Source: an uncultured delta proteobacterium (GTDB lineage: Bacteria > Desulfobacterota > RBG-13-43-22). From it: a stretch of 64,000 nt of DNA. Of the stretch, positions 21,314 to 32,829 are shown piece after piece (the first letter of the stretch is position 1; each line of letters starts with the position of its first letter). The stretch covers positions 96,001 to 160,000 of the forward strand of contig CAWDKY010000017.1 in assembly GCA_963802945.1 (NCBI GenBank). Reading direction: 5' to 3'. A program made the position numbers and the translations under genes. Below the pieces are notes generated by a model that was given only the letters and a program-made list of their open reading frames with translations, did no database searches and was not told where the DNA came from.

Positions 21314-21796
21314 TCAGACCTCTTTCGTAACCATATAGCTGAATACCAGGAAAAGGACTCCCAGGGTGATGGCCGAGTCGGCCACATTAAAGGCTGGCCA
21401 ATGATATTTCCCCCAGTAGATATCCAGAAAATCGACAACCGCCTGGAAACGGAAGCGGTCGAGCAAATTTCCCAGGGCCCCTCCAATAATCCCCCCCAAG
21501 GCCAAAAGGATGCCTGCTTTTTGTTGAGGATAATAAAAGGCAAAGATCAGGATACCGGACATAGCTGCAATGGGGAACAGAAGCAGTAAGATATCTCTCC
21601 AGACAGGGGCTGATCCCCCCAGGATTCCAAAAGCTATACCATTATTTTGAATATGGACCAGATTGAAAAGACCGGGGATCACCGGTCTGGAATAGTATAG
21701 GGGAAATTGAGTGATAATATATTCCTTGGTTGCTATATCCAGGATAAGCACTCCGAGACAGGAAAGGCCTAAAAGCCAATATTTTTTCATGCCCAT
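21314..21796 (-). CDS. lspA: Signal peptidase II
   Basis: NNGIAFG, GGALGNLLDR, VVDF and AFNVAD. Confidence 0.95.
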   Translation of the reverse strand: MGMKKYWLLGLSCLGVLILDIATKEYIITQFPLYYSRPVIPGLFNLVHIQNNGIAFGILGGSAPVWRDILLLLFPIAAMSGILIFAFYYPQQKAGILLALGGIIGGALGNLLDRFRFQAVVDFLDIYWGKYHWPAFNVADSAITLGVLFLVFSYMVTKEV

Positions 21797-21931
21797 AGAG
21801 ATCCTTTGGTCAATTGTTAAATCCAAATATTATTTGGCCTTGAATTCAATGAATTTATTTCAAGCCATTTCAAATGGAGTATTGGATTATTGGATTTTTC
21901 CAAACCATTATTCCATTCTTCCACTACTCCA

Positions 21932-24731
21932 TTACTCCACTAAGGTTTTAATAGCCTGATGACATCGTGAACAGATGGTCGGATGTTCCGGAAAACTGCC
22001 CACCTCGGTCCGGAAATTCCAGCAGCGTTCACATTTTTCTCCCCGGGCCTTTTCGATCCGGATGACCAGACCGGGGATTTCCGAACTGGCAGCCCCTTCC
22101 AACGGTCCGGTCTCCGAATGGATTTCAACTTGCGAGACGATAAAAAGGGTCGGCAAAAACCCTGTGTAAGGCCGGATAGACGGCTTCAAGGAATCCGGCA
22201 GGCTCAAGATCACCCGGGCCTCCAGAGAATTGCCGATGAGCTGGGCCTTACGGGCTTGTTCCAGGGCCTTGGTTACTTCGGCCCGCAAGGCAAGAAGGAC
22301 CTTCCACCGCTGATCCAGTTCTTCATCCACCAGGGACGGATCATAAACTGGAAATTGGCTCAGATGAACACTCTCCACTTCTATATCGTCAGTGGACAGA
22401 CAGGACCAGACTTCCTCGGCCGTAAAAGATAGAATAGGGGCTATCAGACGGACCAGGGCCTTGAGGATAATCAGCAGGGCCGTTTGGGCGGATCTTCTTT
22501 CCCGGGACTTGGGGGCCGAAGTATAAAGGCGGTCTTTAAGAATATCCAAATAAAAGGCGCTTAATTCATTGGTACAGAATTGATAGAGGGTATGATAGAC
22601 CACATGAAAATCATAATTTTCATAGGCCCGCCTGACCCGGGTGATCACCTTCTGCAATTGAATCAAGGCCCATCGATCCAGTTCTTCCAATTCTTTTATG
22701 GGTACCTGGTCCTGAGCGGATTGAAAGTCGGAAATATTCCCCAGCAAGAAGCGGCAGGTGTTGCGGATGCGACGATAGGCCTCGGTCAGTTGCTGAAGGA
22801 TATTCTGGGAAATACGGATATCGTCCCGATAATCCTCGGCTGAAACCCAAAGCCGAATGATCTCCGCCCCATATTTTTTGATGACCTCCTCGGGATGGGT
22901 GACATTCCCCAGAGATTTGGATTCCTTCTTGCCTTGGCCGTCCACCACAAAACCATGGGTCAGTACGGCTTCATAAGGGGCCTCACCTCGGGTCCCGACC
23001 GCGGCCAGCAGGGAGCTGTTAAACCAACCCCGGTGTTGATCACTGCCTTCCAGATAAAGGTCGGCCGGGGCACCGAGATAGGGACGGGCCTCCAAAACCG
23101 CAGCGTAACTCACCCCGGAATCGAACCAGACATCCAGGATGTCGGTTTCTTTTCGAAACCTGGTCCCCTGACAATGGGGACAAATGGTGCCCGGGGGTAG
23201 GAGTTGTTCTTCCGAAGAGGAAAACCAGATATCGGTTCCCTGTTTCAGAACCAGGGCCTCCAGATGACTGAGGATCTCCTGCGTAATGATCCAGTTGTTG
23301 CAGTTCTGGCAATAAAAGGCTGGGATAGGGACTCCCCAGGACCGCTGGCGGGACAGACACCAATCCGGGCGGTTTTCCATCATGCCTCGAATCCGGTCCC
23401 GGCCCCAGGCCGGCATCCAGGTCACACGATCAATCTCGGCCAGGGCCTTTTTTCTCAGATCATTGGCTTCCATGGAGATAAACCATTGCTCGGTGGCCCG
23501 AAAGATAATCGGTTTTTTACAACGCCAGCAATGAGGATAGCTGTGTTCAATGGTTTCTTCCCCTTTCAGGGCCTTGACTTCTCGCAATCGTTCCTTAACC
23601 GAATCATTGGCCTCGAAGACAAACTGACCGGCAAAAAATTCGACATCAGGAGTAAAATTCCCCGCATCGTCCACCGGGGAATAGATGTCCAGGTGATAGC
23701 GTAATCCGCTTTCATAATCTTCCTGACCGTGGCCTGGTGCGGTATGGACGATCCCGGTGCCATCCTCCAGGGTTACGTAATCGGCCAGGATCATAACCGA
23801 CTCCCGCGGATAAAGGGGATGCCGGCATTTTTTGCCTTCCAGGGCTTTGGGATCCAGACTGGTCAGGATATGAGGTGCAGCCCAGGAAAGCTTTTGAGCG
23901 CATTTTTCCAACAACCCCTTGGCCAGGATAAAGACTTCCTCTCCCTGCTCGACAGCCACATACTCATAGTCGGGGTGAAAGGCCAGGGCCAGGTTGGCCG
24001 GAATGGTCCAGGGGGTGGTGGTCCAGATGAGGACCGAGACCTTTTTACCCTTTATGGCCGGATAGGCGTCCGACAAATCAGAGATCAAGGGAAAGGCGAC
24101 ATAAATAGAGGGGGAAGTATGCGAGTTCGTATTCCACTTCCGCCTCAGCCAAGGCTGTCTTGCAGGAGGCGCACCAGTAAATGGGTTTTTTACTTTTATA
24201 GACACTTCCCTGTAGGGCAAAGCGTCCGAACTCGCGGATGATAACCGCCTCATAGGCATAATTCATGGTCAGATAAGGATTATCCCATTCACCCAACCCC
24301 CCCAGCCGTTTAAACTCGTTCCGCTGGATGTCGATGAATTTTTCGGCATAAGCCCGGCAGCGTTGCCGGATTTCGATTAGGGAAAGGTCCTTTCTTTTCG
24401 GACCCAATTCCATGTCCACCTGATGTTCTATAGGCAGGCCGTGGCAGTCCCAACCCGGGACATAAGGGGCATCGAAACCTGACATCTGTCTGGATTTGAT
24501 AATGATATCTTTTAATGTTTTATTGAGGGATGTGCCCATATGAATATGACCGTTGGCATAGGGAGGGCCGTCGTGAAGGATGAATTTTTTCCGGCCTTCG
24601 GAAGATTCCCGTATCTTCTGATATAAATGTATGCTTTCCCAGTGCTTCAGCCATTCCGGCTCCTTTTGGGCCAGATTGGCCTTCATGGGAAAATCGGTTT
24701 TGGGCAGATTCAAGGTCTGTTTATAATCCAT
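21932..24731 (-). CDS. ileS: Isoleucine--tRNA ligase (one indel near 24120)
   Basis: [27 protein letters not shown] (KMSKS variant) and a C-terminal Zn finger. Confidence 0.97.
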
Positions 24732-25074
24732 TTGTCCTCCAGGAAAATATCTCTTGCTTTCCTTATCATAACAGAGGGATATGTCAAGGAGAAAGCAGAT
24801 TTTTCTTCAAAAGGCCCTATATTTCCTATGTCAACCTTGAAAATATCTCCCCAGTCCTTATTGTCCTTTCCGATTGATTTTGACCGGTTGTTGTGATTTA
24901 TAATATCCATCTTCCAAACAAGTTTTTTTAAGGACAACCCCTAAATCAAAAAACTGGTCCATGAATCAGTCGTGCGAAGGGAAAGACATTAGGCATTCAT
25001 CGGACAAGGTGTAGTTAGGCTATCCAGTATTCTTAATAGTCAGACGGCCGTCCAGGTCATTATTAGGAGGAACC

Positions 25075-26109
25075 GTGAAGGAATTTATCGATCTGAGAAG
25101 TGATACCGTCACCAAACCCACGGCGGGTATGCGAAAGGCGATGGCCGAAGCCGAGGTGGGAGATGACGTTTATGGGGAAGACCCAACGATTAATAGTTTG
25201 CAGGAAAAAGTGGCCAAGTTATTGGGAAAAGAGAGGGCTGTTTTTGTTCCCTCAGGAACAATGGCCAATCAGTTATCCATCAAGGCCCACACCCAACCCG
25301 GGGACGAGGTCATCATTGATGCTTCTTCCCATGCCTATAATTTTGAAGGCGGTGCCGGGGCCGTTTTATCAGGTGTCCAGTTTTTCTGTCTTCCGGGGAC
25401 ACGTGGGATTCTCGAGGTCTCGCAGGTCGAGGAGGCCATCCGACCCATTGACGCCCACTTCCCGAAGACCAGACTGATCTGTCTTGAGAACACCCATAAC
25501 CGCGGGGGAGGGTCCGTCTATCCCATTAAGAACATGTCCGAGATTTTTAAACTGGCCAAATCCAAGGGCCTTTTGGTCCATCTGGATGGAGCGAGACTCT
25601 GGAACGCATCAGCGGCCTCAGGAATCAAACCGAGAGCATATGCCCAATGGGCGGATTCTGTAGCGGTGTGCCTTTCGAAAGGATTAGGGGCCCCTGTCGG
25701 CTCCTTGGTAGCCGGTTCTGAAGGCTTTATCGACCGAGTCCACCGGTTTCGGAAAATGTTCGGTGGCGGGATGCGTCAGGCCGGGATCCTGGCGGCTGCC
25801 GGTATCTATGCCCTGGACCATCATCTGGAAAAGCTGCAAGCAACCCATGATCAGGCCAAACGCCTGGCCCGCGGCCTTTCCAGGTGTCAAGGGGTCTCCA
25901 TCGATCCCGGTCAGATTGAGACGAATATCGTCATCTTTGATGTGACTCACAGCGGAAAGACGCCGGCACTAGTAGCCGCAGCAATGAAGAAAAAGGGTGT
26001 GTTGATCCATGCCTTGGGCAAGACCCGGATTCGTCTAGTCACCCATATCGATATCTCCGATAACGATATTGAAAAGGCCCTGGAAGCCTTTAAGCAGATA
26101 TTCCATTAA
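25075..26109 (+). CDS. ltaE: Low-specificity L-threonine aldolase
   Basis: [29 protein letters not shown] and CLSKGLGAP. Confidence 0.95.
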   Translation: MKEFIDLRSDTVTKPTAGMRKAMAEAEVGDDVYGEDPTINSLQEKVAKLLGKERAVFVPSGTMANQLSIKAHTQPGDEVIIDASSHAYNFEGGAGAVLSGVQFFCLPGTRGILEVSQVEEAIRPIDAHFPKTRLICLENTHNRGGGSVYPIKNMSEIFKLAKSKGLLVHLDGARLWNASAASGIKPRAYAQWADSVAVCLSKGLGAPVGSLVAGSEGFIDRVHRFRKMFGGGMRQAGILAAAGIYALDHHLEKLQATHDQAKRLARGLSRCQGVSIDPGQIETNIVIFDVTHSGKTPALVAAAMKKKGVLIHALGKTRIRLVTHIDISDNDIEKALEAFKQIFH

Positions 26110-26154
26110 TCGTTAAAAGGGTACAACATTTTCTGGCCAATAGACCGGATTAAT

Positions 26155-26925
26155 TTAAGCCAGCAGTCCTCCGTCCATGACCAGGGTATGTCCGGTAATA
26201 TAACTGGAGGCGTCCGAGACTAAAAATAGGACTGGTCCAAGGACCTCTTCCACACCGGCCAATCGACGCAAGGGATAACTTTTCTCCGCTTTTTTGCGGG
26301 TTTCCGGGTCCATCCTGGCCCGAACCCGCTCGGTCAGGGCCTGGGAGGGAGCCAACGCATTAACCCTGATATTATATTTGCCCAGATCCCAGGCCAGATT
26401 TCGGGTAAGCATAATAATGCCTGCCTTGGCAATATTATAGGAACCTCTCTTGGTAAAGGCCTTCATCCCGGCGGCCGAGGCCATGTTTAGGATGTTTCCC
26501 TTCTTCCGTTCGATCATCCCCTTGACTGCGGCCTGAGAGCAGAAAAAAGCGGCTTTAAGATTGTTATCCATGACCGACTGCCAGTCCTCCTCTGAGGTTT
26601 CATGCAGCAAGGGAGAAAGACCGGCCCGTCCACCGGCGTTATTGACCAGGATATCGATTCCGCCCAACTCAGCCTCCACCTGTTGGACCAGATTTTCGAC
26701 CTCTGCCTTGTGAGTGAGATCGACCCGAACCGCCAGGGAGCGACGTCCAAATCCCCGGATGGCATCAAACACTCCAGTCAGATCGCCCTCTTCCTCCACC
26801 CGGTCACAAACAGCCACATCGGCCCCTGCTTCGGCCAAAGCCAGGGCAATCGCTTTGCCCAATCCCCTTCTGCTCCCGGTGACCAGGGCGGTTTTTCCTT
26901 CCAAAGACAGATTTGTTATGCTCAT
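26155..26925 (-). CDS. SDR family oxidoreductase
   Basis: TGSRRGLG, NNAG and YNIAK. Confidence 0.92.
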   Translation of the reverse strand: MSITNLSLEGKTALVTGSRRGLGKAIALALAEAGADVAVCDRVEEEGDLTGVFDAIRGFGRRSLAVRVDLTHKAEVENLVQQVEAELGGIDILVNNAGGRAGLSPLLHETSEEDWQSVMDNNLKAAFFCSQAAVKGMIERKKGNILNMASAAGMKAFTKRGSYNIAKAGIIMLTRNLAWDLGKYNIRVNALAPSQALTERVRARMDPETRKKAEKSYPLRRLAGVEEVLGPVLFLVSDASSYITGHTLVMDGGLLA

Positions 26926-27153
26926 TGTTCCCTCTTAATTAGTCAATGTTTTTTAACTTCCTTGATTTTGGAATTCATAATATCAAATATTTTCCGAAAT
27001 ATACTACTTTCCTTCATCCTGAATTCCACTAACCATAAAATGAAGTCCCCTCTTTCTTGAATCTTGACAGTCAAAGAGGAGATGAGTTAGATATAATCCA
27101 AACGTTGCAATAATTTTTGGGGCCAATACAGAAGTAAGCAAAGGATCGTAATC

Positions 27154-28116
27154 GTGGATTTGAATTCAAAAATATTCACTGTTAGCTTTCTTGTCTGTTC
27201 GTTTTTTTTCTTTATGTCCATTTCCCCGGCGTTGGCCCAATCGAAGCCAGCTCCCTTTTTTCTCATGGGCGATGGCCGGATTCATATTCAAAATGTTCAG
27301 ACCAAGCAAGAAGCCGATGTGATCTTACTTCTTCCTGACGGCTCCTTTAACGAACCGGCTTGGGAAAAGATCGATTCTGTTTTCGGTTTTTCCGGCCAAA
27401 GAAAAGGGGAACATATTTCCCCAAGACTGATTTTTATGCTGGATTATTTTTCAGACCTCGTCGCTCCAGGGAAGACCATCTTTCTGACATCGGGTTACCG
27501 GAGCCCGGAATATAATGAAGGTCTTAAAAAAGCCGGTGGGATTGTTGCTAAAACCAGTACCCATATGGATGGATTGGCTTTGGATTTTTTCATAGAAGGT
27601 GTAAACGGTAAGGAGCTCTGGAATATGATTCGCCAAAAAAACTGCTGCGGTGTGGGACATTACGGAGGGAAAGAGATCCATCTGGATGCCAGCCGTCCCC
27701 GATTCTGGGAGGCGGCCACTTCCAAAGTGGATACTAACGAAAGCGACTACAACCGCCGCATGTTTCTTTCCACCGACTTCGACCGTTACAGTCCCGGTCA
27801 AGCCTTACGGCTTTCTTTTTCTTCCGTCAGCGATTTTGGATTCGGGATCAGAAAAAAGGCGGCTTTGATTTCTAAGTCAGAAGGAAATATTCCTGCAGCC
27901 GAGATCGCAATCCTGACCCAGGATACTGGAGATTGCTTCCCGATCAATGACCGTCAGACCTCTCACTTCATCAACCTCACCCTCCCACAGAATATCAAGG
28001 AAGGTCGGTACCGCATTCAACTGGATTTCTGTCAGCGGCCTTTCGAGCAGATGCCCTTAAATATTTTATCTAATGAGATCGAGATCGTTTCCATTTTTTC
28101 TTCAGGTCGCGAATAA
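27154..28116 (+). CDS. DUF882/YcbK (peptidase M15) family exported protein with C-terminal extension
   Basis: Signal peptide; SGYRSPEYN, STHMDGLALDF, GVGHY and IHLD. Confidence 0.82.
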   Translation: MDLNSKIFTVSFLVCSFFFFMSISPALAQSKPAPFFLMGDGRIHIQNVQTKQEADVILLLPDGSFNEPAWEKIDSVFGFSGQRKGEHISPRLIFMLDYFSDLVAPGKTIFLTSGYRSPEYNEGLKKAGGIVAKTSTHMDGLALDFFIEGVNGKELWNMIRQKNCCGVGHYGGKEIHLDASRPRFWEAATSKVDTNESDYNRRMFLSTDFDRYSPGQALRLSFSSVSDFGFGIRKKAALISKSEGNIPAAEIAILTQDTGDCFPINDRQTSHFINLTLPQNIKEGRYRIQLDFCQRPFEQMPLNILSNEIEIVSIFSSGRE

Positions 28117-28163
28117 ATAAATTGGGGGAAAAACATTACCAGGATGCGGAAAAACTCATTTTT

Positions 28164-28302
28164 ACAGGTTGCTGAAAAAGGTTCAGATACAAGGCGCCCG
28201 AAATTTCGAGGAATGAGCCGTACATAGAAGTACGTCGCAATGACGAGGGATGAGGGCAACCCCGCCCTTGGCGGGATTGATGGGCCTTTTTCAGCAACCT
28301 GT
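28164..28302. mobile_element. MITE-like element with 18-bp perfect TIRs
   Basis: acaggttgctgaaaaagg / cctttttcagcaacctgt. Confidence 0.75.
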
Positions 28303-28340
28303 TAAGATAATAACTTAAATTTCAACAGCAGGAAGGCTCT

Positions 28341-29099
28341 ATGAAGAATAGTTTAAAACAAAAGGTAATTCAATTTCTAGGTGACCAGGTTTCTGTCGTA
28401 GGGTTTGCACCCATTGAAAGGTTCAGCGATGCGCCTGAAAAACATCATCCGACCCGGGTCTGTAAAGATGGGGCAACGGTGATCGTCTTTGGTATACGCG
28501 TTCCCCGTGGGGTGTTGTCGTCTCCGGACTATAACCTGTATGGTCTGCACCGTTCGTATCATACGGTCTACCGGCGCTTGGACGAAATCGGTCTGGCCTT
28601 GTGCAATTTCATCGAATCGCAGGGAGCTCATGCCGCCGTTCCTGTGCCGAGTTATGCCCCGATGGTGTTTCATGGTTTGGAACCGTGGGGAATTATTTCT
28701 TTAAAGCATGCCGCGGTCCGGGCGGGCCTGGGGGCTTTCGGCAAAAGCGGGCAGATGTATCATCACGACTATGGCTCAATGCTGCGTTTGGCTGCAGTAG
28801 TAACCAGCGCGAAAATGCCTGATGATCCGGTAATGGATATCGACCCCTGCCCCAAGGGGTGCAGAGCCTGCCAAAAAAAATGTCCGGCCCGTGCATTTAC
28901 CGACTCGGGCGATTTTCAGAAGATGGTCTGCCTCCCTTACTCCGTCAAGCATGCCATCTATCCCCTGGCCTTGAAGGATGAAGCGGGCCTCAAATATATT
29001 GAACGGATCATCAACACCGCCGGACACGATTACTGGCTGGCCTGCGATGAATGCCTGAAGGTCTGTCCCAACAACCGTCCCAAGAAAAAGGCCAACTGA
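28341..29099 (+). CDS. Epoxyqueuosine reductase (QueG)-like 4Fe-4S protein
   Basis: SLKHAAVRAGLGAFGK, CxxxCxxCxxxCP and CDECLKVCP. Confidence 0.8.
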   Translation: MKNSLKQKVIQFLGDQVSVVGFAPIERFSDAPEKHHPTRVCKDGATVIVFGIRVPRGVLSSPDYNLYGLHRSYHTVYRRLDEIGLALCNFIESQGAHAAVPVPSYAPMVFHGLEPWGIISLKHAAVRAGLGAFGKSGQMYHHDYGSMLRLAAVVTSAKMPDDPVMDIDPCPKGCRACQKKCPARAFTDSGDFQKMVCLPYSVKHAIYPLALKDEAGLKYIERIINTAGHDYWLACDECLKVCPNNRPKKKAN

Positions 29100-29262
29100 C
29101 AGGGGAGATCGCTCATAAAGATATCATTAATCCCGGAAAAACATTTTGACATTCTGTCCGGTTGTCCTCTTGGAAATGGTGGATCAGAAAAAAGCCATCT
29201 CATCATAAGTTATTAATAAATTAGATGTGTGTGTAAATCGGAATGACCCCGAAATAGAACAA

Positions 29263-30168
29263 TTAGCCTTTGTCTAATGTCGCGGCAACCCGATCTCTAT
29301 AATCCCTGCTCTTTTCGTCGGCAGCGATCAGATCAATCTCCGCAGGCGACGAAACCCCTATGCTCAGCTCCACGGCCCGGGCAATCTGCTCCTGATCGAA
29401 AATCCTGGTATTCATGATGGCCGGATTGCTCCCCAGGTTTTTCAAAATAGCCACGCCCACCGCATCCGTGGCCACTCGGTCGACAGAGGCCACAAAGACC
29501 TCTCCCTTGGCCATCTTTCCGAAGGCTGGCCCGCCATCCACAAAGGCATCCACTCCATCGAGGATAACAAGCTGAGGAGTGAAAGGCCGATTGAGCTCGG
29601 CGATCAGTTTCCGTTGATAGGGAGAACTGTGGAGTTCCTGCATGTAATTGAATCCATGACGGTTGGTTGGGACCACGCCCACATGAAGCTTGAGAGACAG
29701 GGTGAAGATGCCTCCGAATTGATGGGTCTTGAGGCAGCAGGTGGAAACCAGACATTCGGCCTCCAGAACAGGCCTGGCGATTCGAAACCCCTTCTTCCAG
29801 TGACTATCTTTAGGAATCACCTCAATCCAGTCCTTTTTGTCCAGGTTGTCAAAATTGATGATCTTGACATTCAATTTTGCCAACAGAGGGAGGACTCCCT
29901 TTTGATCCATTACCTCCTGAGTCAAGGGAAAACTCCTTTCCCCCAGGCTGATCGACTTGGCTCCCATGGCCCATATTTCTTCCACCAGGGCCGTCAGAGT
30001 GTCGTTGTGAGTGGAGCCGGGGGTGATATCGGCGGTATTGAAGTTCGGTTTGATGAGGACATTTTTCCCTTTAACCGGATTGATTCCTAAAGCCCTTAGT
30101 GATGCCTGCACTCCTTCTTTACGATTGCTTGTCTTTTTTAAAGCTACTACGCTTTTTTTATTGGCCAT
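29263..30168 (-). CDS. DUF362 domain protein
   Basis: VLIKPN, LKTH, TLSLK and DRVATD. Confidence 0.82.
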   Translation of the reverse strand: MANKKSVVALKKTSNRKEGVQASLRALGINPVKGKNVLIKPNFNTADITPGSTHNDTLTALVEEIWAMGAKSISLGERSFPLTQEVMDQKGVLPLLAKLNVKIINFDNLDKKDWIEVIPKDSHWKKGFRIARPVLEAECLVSTCCLKTHQFGGIFTLSLKLHVGVVPTNRHGFNYMQELHSSPYQRKLIAELNRPFTPQLVILDGVDAFVDGGPAFGKMAKGEVFVASVDRVATDAVGVAILKNLGSNPAIMNTRIFDQEQIARAVELSIGVSSPAEIDLIAADEKSRDYRDRVAATLDKG

Positions 30169-30409
30169 AGTGTCCTCTAAGCTTGATATTATTATTTTCT
30201 TCTAATTTATCATAATATTTCAATGGGGCCAAGAGTTATCCATTGATAACTCCGGTGCCCTCTTCCATTTTGGGAAAAATTGTTGTATAATTATATTGTT
30301 TTCAGTTTAAAATTCCCCCCGGATGCTGCCGGGGTTTCCTAATTTAGAGTAGGCAGGACACCTGGATTGGCTCGCACTTGTAAATTCACTCTTAAGGAGG
30401 TACCAACTT

Positions 30410-30997
30410 ATGGCGGAGGTTGAAGTTCCAAGCCTTGAAGAATTGGAAGAGATGAAAGGGAAAGCCTTTACCCGAAGAGTGGCTTTGATAACGGCTATCT
30501 ATGCCGTCATTCTGGCCGTTACTTCCCTGGGGGGAAACAAGGCCATGAAGGAGATGCTGCTGGCCCAGCAGCAGGCCTCGGACCAGTGGAGTTTTTATCA
30601 GGCCAAAGTGATTCGGGAGCATCTCTATCGAAATGAAAAAAACCGAATGGAGGCGGAGTTATTGGAAAGAGGGGCTTCCATGAAACCGGAAGTCAGAAAA
30701 CATTATGAAAACCTATTAAAAAAAATGGGGGAAGAAGAGGGCCGTTATAATACGGAAAAAAGAGAGATACAAAAGGAGGCCAAATCTTTGGAAAAGGAAA
30801 GGGACGTAAATCGGAACAAGGACCCCTATTTTGATTTTGCCGAGGCCTTATTGCAAATTTCAATTGTCCTTGCTTCTATCGCTATCCTTGCTACCTCCTG
30901 GCCGATTTTCATCTTCTCCCTCATTTCGGCCGGATGCGGATGTATCCTTTCCCTTAATGGGTTTCTGATGATCTTTCGATTACCCTTTCTGAGCTGA
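30410..30997 (+). CDS. DUF4337 family membrane protein
   Basis: ASDQWSFYQAK and LLQISIVLASI; aggagg RBS. Confidence 0.78.
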   Translation: MAEVEVPSLEELEEMKGKAFTRRVALITAIYAVILAVTSLGGNKAMKEMLLAQQQASDQWSFYQAKVIREHLYRNEKNRMEAELLERGASMKPEVRKHYENLLKKMGEEEGRYNTEKREIQKEAKSLEKERDVNRNKDPYFDFAEALLQISIVLASIAILATSWPIFIFSLISAGCGCILSLNGFLMIFRLPFLS

Positions 30998-31026
30998 TAA
31001 GGGTGCAGGAAATGAGAGGATAAAGG

Positions 31027-31419
31027 CTACACTTGTTTTTTATCCGAATCTTTTAAAGAAAGCCTCTCCATGACTTTTTGGCAATACACCTGGTTTTCTT
31101 CCAGCAGGGGGGAAGCTCGGCGCATCATATTCAGTTTCATGATCTGAAAGTTGAGCCGCTTCATCAGGCGGTATTGCTCTTCCACATCTTCCAAGCCCGC
31201 CAGTAAATCCCGTAATTGCACAATTTCCTTTTTTAGTTCCAGTTCAGGAGGCAGGCAATCGGCATTTTTTAGAATCTTATAGGCCAGCCGCAATTCTTCG
31301 GGAATACCACTCTCATCATCCAATGGCAGGGGCTTGCCTTTTCCGGGCAGGTTATCCAGTTCCCCTTTCAGGATGGCTTCCTGGATTTTTCTTTCGGCGA
31401 TGATATGTGAAAAAAACAT
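31027..31419 (-). CDS. DUF1992 domain protein
   Basis: IAERKIQEA..GELDNLPGKGKPL and LKNA..LPPE. Confidence 0.85.
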   Translation of the reverse strand: MFFSHIIAERKIQEAILKGELDNLPGKGKPLPLDDESGIPEELRLAYKILKNADCLPPELELKKEIVQLRDLLAGLEDVEEQYRLMKRLNFQIMKLNMMRRASPLLEENQVYCQKVMERLSLKDSDKKQV

Positions 31420-31528
31420 ATCGAGAAAAGTTCCTTGTTGAGTCCGGTGACTTCCTTCGTTCCGTGGATGGAGGGAAAATGGATTTATGAACTTTTATGG
31501 ATTCATCATAGCATGGTTAAGAAAAAGA

Positions 31529-32515
31529 TCAACCGCCAATTTTAGACATCTGACGTTGACACTTTCGATAGAGGGCATTCAACTGAACGGGATGCTCTTT
31601 GGGTTTTTTGGAGATGGCCTCCTGGATGATGGCTTCCAATTCCGCGTCCGAAGCCCCCTGACGCATGGGAGTTCGCAGGTCGGTCTCATTATCGGAAAAG
31701 AGACAGACCCTCAGACGGCCTTCGGCTGTGAGGCGAAGCCGGTTGCAGGAGGGACAAAAATGTTCGCTGATGGGGCTGATCAAACCGATTTCACCCCGGG
31801 CTCCGGCATAGGCCATCCGTTTGGCCGGACCGTCCAGGTCTTGATCGTTAACCGGGAAAAGCGGCCCCAGGGTTTGTAGTTTTATCAGGGTTTCTTCCGA
31901 TGAGAGGAACCGTTTGGTGTTCCAACCATTATCATTACCAACCGGCATAAACTCAATAAAGCGGATATGATAAGGTTTTTCATAAGACAAGCGGCCGAAA
32001 GGGAGGATTTCGTCGTCATTGATCCCCTGCAAGGCCACCACATTGATCTTGATGGGTGAAAAGCCGATTCGTTCGGCCTCCTGTATCCCTTCCCAAACCT
32101 GGTTAAAATAATCGAATCGGGTGATCCGGGCATAGTTTTGCGGATCCAGGGTGTCCAGGCTGATGTTGATTCTATTAATCCCGGCATCCCATAAGGACTG
32201 GGCCTTTTCCGCCAGAAGCACCCCGTTGGTGGTCAGGCTAATTTCCTTGATACCTGGGATTTGCTTTAAAGCGACGATCAGATCGGTAATGTTTTTCCGG
32301 ACCAGAGGTTCTCCGCCGGTCAGGCGAATTTTTTCAATACCCAGGCGAACACTCAGTCGGGCCAGCCTCATCAATTCTTCATAGGTCAGGATGTCCTCGT
32401 GAAAAAGTTTCGGTACACCTTGTTCCGGCATACAATAGATACAACGCAGATTACAGCGGTCGGTCAACGAGATACGCAGGTAATTGAGGCGGCGATTATA
32501 GGAATCAAGAAGCAT
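31529..32515 (-). CDS. moaA: GTP 3',8-cyclase
   Basis: YLRISLTDRCNLRCIYC, FCPSCNRLR and terminal IGG. Confidence 0.96.
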   Translation of the reverse strand: MLLDSYNRRLNYLRISLTDRCNLRCIYCMPEQGVPKLFHEDILTYEELMRLARLSVRLGIEKIRLTGGEPLVRKNITDLIVALKQIPGIKEISLTTNGVLLAEKAQSLWDAGINRINISLDTLDPQNYARITRFDYFNQVWEGIQEAERIGFSPIKINVVALQGINDDEILPFGRLSYEKPYHIRFIEFMPVGNDNGWNTKRFLSSEETLIKLQTLGPLFPVNDQDLDGPAKRMAYAGARGEIGLISPISEHFCPSCNRLRLTAEGRLRVCLFSDNETDLRTPMRQGASDAELEAIIQEAISKKPKEHPVQLNALYRKCQRQMSKIGG

Positions 32516-32672
32516 GAGAGCAACATTAACTGGTTTTTAATCTTGCAATATTATGCCTTTTTTTACATAATAATTCAATAAGAATTTGTAAGACTATAAA
32601 ATCAAAAAGAATTCTATGGCTTTGGCACAGGGGAATTAATGATTTTCACTCAAACCCTTGACTCCTTGAAAC

Positions 32673-32815
32673 CTAGTGTACTGTAACAGTATTCGGTTTA
32701 CAAAGTTGTCATTCCGGACTTGATCCGGAATCCAGTATTTTTAACCTGGATTCCTGCTTTCGCAGGAATGACGGATCAGGAATATTGTAAACCTGTTATT
32801 GTGACACTACACTAG
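32673..32815. mobile_element. CTAG-bounded MITE carrying a REP doublet
   Basis: ctagtgtactgtaac ... gtgacactacactag enclosing gtcattccgg..ccggaatccag / ctggattcc..ggaatgac. Confidence 0.7.
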
Positions 32816-32829
32816 AAACCAAAAATTTT

